Of a stretch of DNA of 64,000 nucleotides, positions 41,511 through 53,500 are shown one piece after another. Position 1 is the first letter of the stretch, and each line of letters starts with the position of its first letter. Origin of the DNA: Phoronis australis (Eukaryota > Animalia > Phoronida); assembly GCA_002633005.1 (NCBI GenBank), contig NMRA01000547.1:73561-137560 (forward strand). Reading direction: 5' to 3'. The notes beneath the pieces were generated by a model that saw only the letters and a program-made list of their open reading frames with translations, ran no database searches and was not told the DNA's origin. The position numbers and the translations under genes are program-made.

Positions 41511-44500
41511 GTATGTGTATATGATGGATAAACTGAAATTTTTGGATATAATCACATCTTTGTCAGAAATAAATTAAAATTAAAGGAGAATGCCACCCGA
41601 TTTAATTAATTTTTTTACCATCTTAATCAGTTTACATCCAAATCAACTCGTATACGGTCAATCTTACCTCGCCAAGAGGTGTTGCGTTAACCTGTGAGGA
41701 AGGTGAAAAACGACGCAGCGATGTCAGTGGTTCTGCAGAGTGAGTGGTGCTATGGTGCAGTGTATCGTTCCGACGCTTGTACGAACTATGAAGCTACGAG
41801 GAAAGTGGGTATATCATTTTTTCGATATCCTCGAGAGAAAATAATGCTTTAGAAGTGGCTCCCGGTAGTGAAAAATGAAAAGTACCCATTAATACCAAGT
41901 ATCAGACCGTGAAACCTCCTTGTCTGTCAGTGGCCTGCATTTCGTGGGATCACGATCAGTTGTTGATCACTTTTTGATTATGCAGAATTGTAGTTGGCCA
42001 TGAAAACATAAACAATTACAATTAAATCAAGGCATGAGAACATAACGTTTTATATAACCTGTTTTATGACCAACTTATTCATGAGGCTTCTGTTTGGTCT
42101 TCTGGGTGTAGGATGTTTTTGTCAGTTCTTTTTCTCAGCCCTAAAAAGCGTTGTTAGCACACATCTGTTTAGATGCGGTGCAAAACCTGGATGGTTCGTG
42201 AGACACATCAGCGCTTCTCCAAGAAGGCATTCCACTTGCAAAATTTGGTAGTCGTTTCCATTATCATGCAGTTTGCGTACTGACACCAGATGACAAGTCA
42301 TTTAAACAGTTTTCGGAAGTATCCATATGTTCTGTTGTCTGTGCGCATTCACGGAGCCTCTCTATTATTTCTTGATCAGTGTATTCCTATGAAACCTAAC
42401 GATTGACCTGTGAAATCTTCTTCGGATGAGCACTCATTTAAGTCAGCATTGCGAATTGCCATGATGTTCACTGTAGTTCCTTCTGTTTCAAAATGAATTA
42501 TTCTCACCCTAACCAATGCTTATATAAAACCGAAACAAAGTCTGTCTCATTAGATACAATTTGTAATGCCTTGGAGTGTTCGTGAGCGCAAATTTTTTGA
42601 GAAGCCAGCAGTGAATAAATCACTGCGTTACCGGCTTTAGATGCAATAAACTAATTGACGGGGCAATGAGGCCGTGTGAGCGCATGCTAATTCAGTGTTT
42701 GCTGACAAAAAGCTGTTGTGAAACAATAACTCCATTTTGCAACCTATGGTCAGATGTTAGGGGAATCTATATTTAGATATTCATATACATTATTCCAATT
42801 GTAACTGTACATTTGCCCTGGAGGTTCTGTGGAAGGGTAACCTGACTTCGTGGCCCTCAACAAGCTAGTAAAGTAGATTTGCAGTTTCGTGGCTAATTCA
42901 CCAAAATAATTACGTGAACATTTTTTCTTTGGCTCACTAGAATAGTCTTTTCGTGACTAGAAGTTTAGTTTCCAACTTTGGCTGGTTTATATTCATGATG
43001 TCTTCAGTCAGTCTGGCCACGATGGGCCTGAGGTTGCGAGCCACTGGCTGGGATAGCAAGCGTTTTGTGTGTTTAGAACTGAAAAAAATTGCAAGTCTAA
43101 AATTACAATACATAGCTATGTTCTCCTGTCTATATTTTGCTCGCAACTAGCTTACTTAAATATGTGACGACACCATCAAGGCTTTGATGTTCTGAGAACT
43201 TTGCTGGAGACTGCGGAGTGAAAGATGTACACATTCTCCTCCATTTATGTTCAAATAGTGTTAGCGTATGAGTTGCCTAATGGTTAACTAGAATTGGTGA
43301 TTTTCGCACTGTTTGTCCTCTGGAATTGAATTCCAAGCGAAAAATTTGTTAGGATCATTTCCACCCGAAAATACCATAAGCATCAACCAAAAAAGATAAA
43401 AGTAAGAGTCTTTGAATCCTGGTAGTTAATAGGCTTGTGATTTATGATACCGGACAAAAAAACACGGGAACACTTAAAAATAGATTAGATTGATATCTGA
43501 TTTTGCCTCATTTTGAAAACCGCTGTTGTCAGGTTTTTGCAATATACTAAAAAGTTATACTTCCTCCGAGTTTACTAAAAAGAAAAACAGCTCTCATAAT
43601 ATACATATCACAGTTGTTGCCCAAAAATTCATTTAGAATTTTCGAGAAAAAGAAAAAAGAAATTCAACTTTGATATGGTTTACAAAATGATCAATAGCTG
43701 TTATAAATGAACCAATCAACCACAGGATGAGTAAAGACCAGTTGCTATGCTGCACAAGCCGCACGGAAAATTTTTACCGAGATGGAAATTTTTACCGCAG
43801 GGGCGACCATTATTAGATAGTCGCGATGACATTCTGTTTTAAAAGCTACATATTTTACAATGCTCAATCTTAATTTAAAATGTGAAACAGCATACATTTA
43901 TTTGCAAACAAGAGTCATCAGAAGCAGTGGGAGGTAAACTTTTGTGCAAGGTAAAATCTCATCAACTTGGTCAGAATCACCATAATTTCTTCTTTTTCCA
44001 GAGGCTCCTAACATCATTAAGAGGTACACATGGAACAGAACGTGAAATGGTAAACATTTCTTTGATTCATGCTGTCATTTATCAAAAAAAGTGAGAAACT
44101 TTAATTTCAAACAACAATCCTAAAATGTCTTTACTTGGTGAGATTTTACGGTAGATCCTCACAAACAATTTTACAAGGAGAGTGGGTACAAATGTGAACT
44201 CAAAGTGGCACAAGCAAATTGTAAAACATTCATGCCAAGTGTCGAACGATGCAGATGGAGACACATGAAGAAAAAAGGGTCAGGATTGCAAGCAAGAAGC
44301 AGACAAGAATTAACTTACTATTTAGCTTTCCTGTAAAACATTTATGACCCATTATGTGTACAGTATAAAATAAAAAACATCCAGAAACTAACTGTGAAAT
44401 TAACAGTGTCACTAAACCATTCAAAATGATTAGTTTTCTGGGAAATTTTGTAACTGGGTAGAAGTCAATTTTGCCATGTTTTTGAGGTGCTTGCCCATAC

Positions 44501-47500
44501 GTCTTTACCCAAAGTACATTTTTCAATGAAATTTTCATCGGATCCATTTTAAAAGATTTTGCTCAATGCTTGGGTGTTAAGGAAAGTTCAAGAATAACAA
44601 TATCAATGCAAAGTATTGAAATGCGCCCATGACTGCACAACGGAATGCTTCTAAGGATGTTTATAAATATCATAAAACTGGCCAATAAAAGGGGCAGAAT
44701 ATGTTGAACTAGTCAAAAAATCAGAGACATTGCCAAAACTTCATGAAAATCCGTCAAGGATCTCCAAAGACACAAAGGCAAACATAAAAAATAATATTGC
44801 TACATGGCAGTGGTAACTGAATCCTTCGTTGTGGGGAAGAAGTCGTCACCTGATGCCATGTTCATAGGGCTACACTAGCCAAATTTCACAAAGATCTTGC
44901 AAAGTAGTACGTCAGAGTGATTAGATCCGCCTGGAAATCAAATTAAGTCGTGCTGTTGTCAGCAGCTTTCTTAACAATCCTTTGAGCAGTTAGCGGATAG
45001 AAGGACTAACAGACTCAATACAATACAAATAGCACAGCATAAGTCAGATTCATCTGAAAATAGAAAGGTGTTGTCCTCTGCTTAAAAGAAACATATTTGT
45101 CATATTTCATGAAGTTCTGTCAATGTATATACAGACAACAAAATTGCAACAAGGGGGCGCAGCGGGAGTCAGATCACAAGAAAGTTGTCATCATCCGTTG
45201 TTACTTTCATACAAAAACACTTGCCTAATTTCACATTAAGATCCTGCAAAGAGATGAAAGAGATAGAACAGTGGACAGACAAAAAATTGTCACCAGGGGC
45301 ATTACAGTGGTCAGACCCATCCGAAAAAAGTCAGCTGAGTCTTTTAAGTAGAAACTTAACTCCGAACTTTCATAATGATCCTTCAAGGAGTACATAATGA
45401 AAATGACCACTAGGTGGCGAAGAATACGATAAATTCATATGCAAATGCGAATATGTCGCCATCTCCTTAATAATCATGAAAATCTGTCCATGAACTCCTT
45501 AGGCAAAAGGTAACTATAAAACAAATTGATACTAGGGGCACAGGGATAGTTAGATCCGTCTAAAAATCGTCCTCCATTGTCACACTCATAAGAAAACACT
45601 TGCCAAATCTCCCAAAGATCCTGTACAGAGTTAAGGAAATAAGCCGCAGATGCAAAAAACAAAATTGTGGGTAAAACAGTACTTGGGTTAATCCGAAAAT
45701 CAACCTCAGGAATACATCTTCCAATTTTCATGATCCTTAAAGCAGTTTGATAGATAAGAACTACCAATAAGTGATTTGGAATACATATGTACAACCTGTC
45801 TGAAAATGGGAAGGTGTCGGCGCCTTCTCAATAGCAACCTGAAAAGGTCTGCAAGGAAACTCTTAAAATACAGATGTAACATTAATATAACTCAACTAAA
45901 ATTGCCACTAGGGGCAAACCGGTAAAGAAATTCCTCTAAAACATAACGTCAACTGTTGCCACATGCATGGAAAAATATTTTCTAAACTGCTCAAAGATGT
46001 GGCAAGGAGATAAGGAGATACAGCAGTGACCTTCTCAACAGAAACACATCTGCCAAATTTCATACTTATCTTTGGAGTGGTTTGGCAGATAGAGAGGTTG
46101 ACACCATAAAAACAGAATACTAAATAATAAAAGTGGCCAATAGAAGTCACAGAATATGCCAAATCTGTCCAAAAACCAGAATCGTCATTGATTCCTTAAA
46201 CAAGAGCACACAGCTTTCAAATGCGCCTACGAATGCACCGCAAACGATGCGCTTCCAGGGATGTTTATTCGCATTCTACAAATGACGAGTAGATGGCGCA
46301 AAATACATCAAATATATCTGAAAACGTCAAAAAATCACCGTTTCTTGAATAGAAAGCTATTTACCAAATTTCATGATAATCCATCAAGGAACTCCAGTAA
46401 AAAACAGAAGAAAAATGAAAAAGAAATAAATTGCCATAAGGGGGCACAAAGTTCTTCGGATCCGTCAGAAAATCGTCATCCGTCGTCAACAAGGAGGCGC
46501 AAAAGTAGTCAAAGTCGTCGGAAAATCACCGTCAGCTGTCCTCTTCACAGTATGAACATATATGCCAATTTTCAAAATCATCCTTAGATTGGTCCGGACT
46601 TGACTCTTGAGGTGAATGCAGAAAAACAGTAAAAATGGCCATTTGGTGGTTCAAGATACCTTGTATCCATTTAAAAGCAGAAGGAAAGCGTCATCTAAAT
46701 AATAAATGCCTATCTGCCAAATTTTATGAAAATCCGTTGAGGATCTTTTAAGATACAGAGGTAAACATAAAAATCTAAAATTGCTATCAGGGGCACACCG
46801 ATAGTGCGATCTGTTCGAAAGTCATTGTCATCCTTTGTCAACTTCATATTAATGTACTTACTAAATTTAATAAATATCCAGCAGAACGTTTACGAGATAC
46901 AGTCATAGGCGCAAAAATCAAACAAAACTAACACAAAGAGGCGCTACAGTAGTCAAAGTAATCAGAAAATCACTGTCAGCAGCCCTCTTCAAAGTAAAAG
47001 CATACGGATTGGTTGATAGAGAGCAGATGCCAAAAAAAACAGACTCAAAAACAGTAAATATGGTCACAAAGTGGTGCAAAATATGTCGAATTAATCCAAA
47101 AACGCTTGGATAACATCATCTCATTAATAGATGCCTATGTGCCAAGTTTCATGAAAATCCGTTGAGAAGTAAAAGTAAAACACTAAAATTGCCACTAGAG
47201 GGCACACCAATACTAAGGTCCATCCGAAATTCGTCGTCATTTGTCGCCAGCTTCATAGGAACACATCTGCCTAAATCTCATCAAGATCCTGCGAGGGGCT
47301 TAGGAGATGAAGCTGCTGATGCTGGACTCCTGGACAGACAGAGATGACGGCAATGTACACCCACAGATAAATATCTGGGCGCATAAAAATCTATTTTTTG
47401 ACAATAATCGAGGGACAAGAGAGGTCTTGTCAAGAACTAAAATTGTCAACATAGCAAACTTTGGTAGTCGCATCCACCCAAACATCAACTGGTGCTGGAG

Positions 47501-50500
47501 CATTCCCAAGTTTTTGGTGAAGTTGTTTAGATGAAAATTTATGGGCCGAGAATTTCTTGTCAAAAACTAAATGAAGGGGAACCAAAGTAGTTGAATCCAA
47601 CCAAAAGTTGACAGGTGCTGGCACATTCCCAGCCAAGAAACTTTACGCTGATTTTCAAAACGAGCCATTCAGTATGTTTTGAGAAAATCAATGGAACTGC
47701 AAACTGGCAAGGACAGACAGACAATATGCTGAATACTAAGTATACGCAACCACAAAATTATTTGTGGGCAGCTGGAAAAGGTTGTGTTCTTTGATGACAA
47801 AGTTAACAACAAAAGAATAAGTCAATGTGCTGAGCTTACTGAGTTAATCTCCTCTTCAGTTTTAAAATGTGCAGGTAAATCATGAACTTCAGTTAAAACT
47901 GAATAACATGGCATTGCTTTTACCATTCCTGTTAAAAGCATGGTCTTCATATTAAAACTTCGGTCAAAATAATAGTGACTGAAAATTCAAAAAAGGCAAA
48001 GTCAAAAAGTTAATATAAACTTCATTAGGAAGGTGAAACATGATTCTTGTCAACCTTCCTCGACAAATTAGGAAAATTAACTTAGATTACTTCGATGTAA
48101 TGTGGATGTCCTACTGGTGTTCCTTAGAGATGTTCAGTTTCCACGCTGTGTAGCCTGGAAACAATGCATTGCATACTGGACAAAGAGACTACCATCAGCT
48201 ATTGATGTTAGACATATGCTTAATTTTCTAAAGACTTGTAATCCACTGCTTCCCTGTCTGACAAAACAACCACAAAAGTATTCTTGTTGGCATGATAAAG
48301 GACACATACAAATTAAAGTTTGACACAGGGGCCTTGCTTTCAGCTCTTATAAAAGGCAGTTAGTGCCTCAACATCTTTTCATGCTCTTTTCTAAGTTAGA
48401 CAATAGCCAAAATTTCAAACTGTTTCACTCACACACTAGGCAGAAGGAATGTCAAAAATAACTCCACTCATGTCCACAAATTCACGTTTGCACTGGGACA
48501 CATCATGGATTTGGAAATATCGTATTGTGGAGAGCTTCTGATATCCCCATCACATACGGTATCACTACCAGTCCTTTGGTCTCTTAGTAACATTTTTGTC
48601 ACACCTGGACAAATCCCAAACATACCGACAAGGCGCTGTTCTTCTGATAACTCGTCTTGTCATTCAGACACTAAGTTGTTGTTCCAACCATACATATGCA
48701 CTATGCCAACTATACAATGCATTGTTTTCCACGCCACATGGCAGGAAAACTCGACATTTCTAACAAAGATGGAAGGTTAATGTTTGGCAATGAGCACGAA
48801 TTGCAATAGAATAAGAAACAAATGAAACATGAAACCCCTTGAAAGATAGCAAACATTGTCATCAAAAGTGCAGCATGCATATCGCTTCAGAACAACAGGA
48901 AAAAGATCACAATACAATCATGACCTTATAGTAGAAAATTGAACAAATAGTAAATCAAAATCTGTAATTCTATCACTCATAAAATGCAAATGAATCTAAC
49001 TTTCTTATTTCTTTTTACTCATTTTGTTCACTAGGACATGAGCCAGTTTTGCCAGTGCATGAGTTTTAATAAGGTTTTTCCCCGGCCAGCAAATCAATTC
49101 TGGTAATCAAAGAGGGTTGACGCAAAGTGCTAAGTTAACCTAAAAAGAGCTTTCCCCACAAGCAAGACGCTAAGTGATCACTCCAGTCAGCGATAGGAGT
49201 CAGCTAAGTTTTAACAAGGTGGAGCCACAAAAACCTTAGGCATTGATCTTTTTTAAAATGAAGACTCTTGTTTATTTTGACAAACTGAAATAAAATGCAA
49301 AATATAAATTTAACCAAAATGTTACCAAATTAGAATACAACACTTGTTGTTCATTGAAAGGAACACCTGCACAAAACTAAGATGATACTGAAATTAACCT
49401 TCCACACCAACTGAAACTCCTCAAAAAATTTTCACATAGATGCCGAAATGAAAGGCCTTCTAAAGATGAGCAGTTGGAAATTTTGAATATTTATGGACAG
49501 GTAGAATTTTCACAAAGATATTTGAAAACTTGTCTCAAGTATGACCTAACTATCTTACCTCTCCGTTTTAAGTACTCAGCAACAAGAGCAGCAACATGTA
49601 TGGAACAATGAGCAGCCTGGAAAAAAAAAACAAACAGAAAAGAAACTTCAAATTACTACAAACTAAGGCAAAGCAATACTCGCTTCGGCATAATTTTGAA
49701 GGTGCACAGTGGCTGGCATTCATTTTTCCAATGATATTTTGTCAACAGAGCGGTTGAGGAGTTCGGTCACTGAGATTTCTTGCAGAAGTTTGCAGCATTG
49801 ATTTTTATCATAAAGAAAGTTTCAAAATCCTTGAAATTCATTAACAAAAGATTTGTGTAGATGGACACATAAATGGATAAACAGACAAACATACTGACAA
49901 ACAGTAAATGGATGAAAGCACTAATACTTTGATGTACATACAATACCACCAGAAACCAATGAATGGAAAAGTATGAATTGGCCAACAAGGGGTATTACAG
50001 TACTGATCAACACACAAGATGATTTACTGATTCAGAAGGTCTTAGTGTAGTTCAGTAAGTACAACATCAGCAGGGGTGCATCCATTCCAGAGGTCACTAG
50101 ACTATATTTTGATGGGGTGTGCCGCTGGAAAATTAGAATACCCACTCAATAGGAGAGTCCACAAGATGACATTCTACCCTTTAATATAGCTTAAAAAACA
50201 CTAGTTTTAGTCCATGATATATCAATTTAATTATAGTATTATTGCTTTGAAGTAATCAGTAATGTGATAAATGCCCTACTCCACACAAAAATAACTTAGA
50301 TGAGTGTGTTATGTAGTGTCGTTACCTAGTACACAAAAACATGTACAGTGTGCAAAACCTGATTTAATAACATAGAGTTTTGGCAAATGTGTGTTTGAGT
50401 TTTAAAAAAGAAAGAAAATACATTTGATTCAACGTGTCGCTTTGTGACAAATGGGGGCCAGTCCCGGAGAAACCAGTCAACACAAATGAGGGCCAGTCCT

Positions 50501-53500
50501 CGCTGGAGAAACCAGTCAACAGAGTGGAATTTAAACTGTTTTACTAACACTAAGGAACAACTGTTCAAATACCAGCGAGGATGGACATTAATAACATTGT
50601 GGCATTACCAACAGCACCCTTACACCACCAAATCTCCTGAAAAAGAACCTTTAGACAGTCACACAAACAGTCACCCGGCGACTCAATGACATTGGCCTTG
50701 CCGAAACAATTCTCGAATGTTTTTTAGCAGATGAGATCAACAATTGCTAAATGAAACACGTTCTGCTTTACTGCTTGTGTTAATTTCTTTAGTTACAATG
50801 CACTCCTAGATCGTTACATTGTGCTTACTCCGGAAAATGAACTCTGATGACACGCAAGCGCCCACTCACTCACACAATACACAGACGAACTTCAAAACAA
50901 ACATCAAGTGACAACAACATGTGTGCTCATCCAGAGATTTTTCTTGTGTTACGGGGTACGATGTAGCGCAGATTTGGACTTAATATGCAGTTAATTCCGA
51001 CTCCACAGGAACTTAAAAATCTTAGGGACATTATTTTGAAACGTTAAGGACTTCAGGAAATTTGTTGAGTTGAAACTGTATTTTCATTCAAGAATTCAAG
51101 TTGCTCTATCAATGATTGTGAAGCCGCAGCGACGGATCAGTCGGTGAGTTTTCGCCCTAGGATTTCAGCACAATTTTCTGAAAAATGATTGCAATTTAAC
51201 AACGAAGCTTAATAGCAATGCACCACAATTTTGTAGAAAATTTGTAATAGGTCACAGAGTATAAATTTAATGAATCCTAGCTTAAGATTTTACCCGTTTC
51301 AGAAACCAGGTTTCAACCGCCTTCGGCTATAATAAGTGCCCCATCCTGAAACCAATTTTTCTAAGCGCCCTGGGCGCTTATGAGGGCGAATACGGTACAG
51401 GATTTAATCATTCTCTCTCCATCTATGCACTATCCCAAAGCACAGCTACCTTTTAATCAAACCCACAGTCAATTTCAGACAGCTGAATAAAGGCTGTGAG
51501 TTACCTATGGAGAATTTGCAGTCCAATCAACAGAAAAAAGACTTGGTATGACAAAAATGAGAGAGGACTAGGGTATTCAAATCAGGAGATCACATTCTTG
51601 AACTATTTCCGATCCAGTCGAACAATCTCCAAGCTAGGTTTTATGGTCCTTTAAATTTGTCAAAGGTAATATACCTAAATTATGTGGTTAAGACTCACGA
51701 CAGGAGGAAATCCACTCAGCTTGGTCGTGTTAACATGTTGAAAATGTATCATGGCAGTAAGCTACAAGTAGCTGCCAATAAAGTGATGAGTTTGAAAGTG
51801 ATGATATTGTACAATCGAAAGTGTTTAATTCTGAAATTCTGCAAGATGTTGATTTAAAATTGAGTGGTTTTGAACCTCATCAAAAACAACAAATGAAAGA
51901 TTTGATACTGAAGTACAAAAGCTTGTTTCCTGACGTTCCAAACAGAACTGCTATTACATCTCATATGCATATCTTTATCGTAGCATTGGTGTAAATAAGA
52001 ATCTATAAACTTTCAAACTGGACACCCTTTGTTTTTATCTGTTTTCGTACATGAGAACATTAAAGCTGACACTCAAAAACCGTAATAAGCATTTTTAAAA
52101 GGGAATTCATGAGACTTGCATGTTTAATAAAGCACATTTATTGTATGCAACATCACATCTACATACAAGAATGTACAGTATATAACATACCTCAACTTTG
52201 CACGATTACAAATTAATGACTGGTGCAGTTGCTTGCTAAAATCTGTTTTGAAGTTCACCTTGGTGTGCAAAAACATGAAACACGGGTGGGGACACAAAGC
52301 TATTCTGTGAAAGTCACAAAAATATCTAGTTCTGAATGAGTTCCATCACGTTTCAGAGGCCCTTTCATTATGCCTGAAGGGCGTGAGCCAAGCATCGTTA
52401 CAGGCCCCTCCAAGTTCAGCTTCAGGGACCGATAACTCCTCCAAAATTGCACTGAGATCCGAATCGATAGAATCTGCATTACTGTGACTGTTGTGTTAGT
52501 TTCCTTGTCACTTTCGTTTTCACTATCTGAGTCCATGAACACTTCCTCAAGAAACTGATCAATAGTCACTTTACCACGATTGGCACCAGCCAAGATAAAA
52601 CTTGTGCAAACTTTCAAATATCTCGAAAACAAATAATGACAGCCATATGTTGTAAATCAGAAAAATATACGGGAAGCTTTGAACTGTGGAATGCGAATGC
52701 TCACATATATAAACAGTATACCGGGCTTTCACTGAATGAAAAACACCAGTGTCCTGTGGTGAGTACACTCTTCTTGTGCAGCCTAGCCCTAGCTAATTAT
52801 AGGCGATTGAGTACACCCGATGCATTTTAATAGGATAATAAGCTTGTCGGCTGACCACGCCTAGCGCAGGATACGGGTTAAGCATCAAACGGCTTATTAA
52901 AAAGGAGGCATTGTCATCAGAAATAGCTTTACAACACTTTGGTGCTTATATCTGTACTGCACAGGAACCTCTGAACATATAAACCGATCACAATCCCTTG
53001 GTATTTTTGTGTACAATGAAGAACAAGAACAGAAAATAAATGAATTGTAGTTTGATCCTGCAAGAATATAATCCGAACATTTTTCACATTACGGGCAAAG
53101 AAAATGTAATTGCTGATTGTCTATCCTGATGATGATGATGTTTGTTTAAATTGAATTAACAAATTCAGTTATGCATTAGCATAATGCTGTTAGTGACATT
53201 ACGTAGAATGCAAAAACGTGTACAGTGGGAGAAATCTGATTTAAAGACATAACATTTTGACACGTGTACGCCGAGTTGTAAAAAAGAAAGCAAATCCAGT
53301 TGCTTCAACCTGTCGCTTTGTCAGCTTGCTTTGTAACAAGTGTTCCTGGCAAACAGGCTTCTTGGCAACAGCAGCTCTTATACATACAAACCAATCGTGA
53401 AGTACAAGATGCTAAGTTGAGTCCAATTGGTGGTGATTTCAGGGCTCCAAAGAACTGACAGTTCGTTACTGCTTGAGATCAGGCTCTATAAGTTGGCTTA

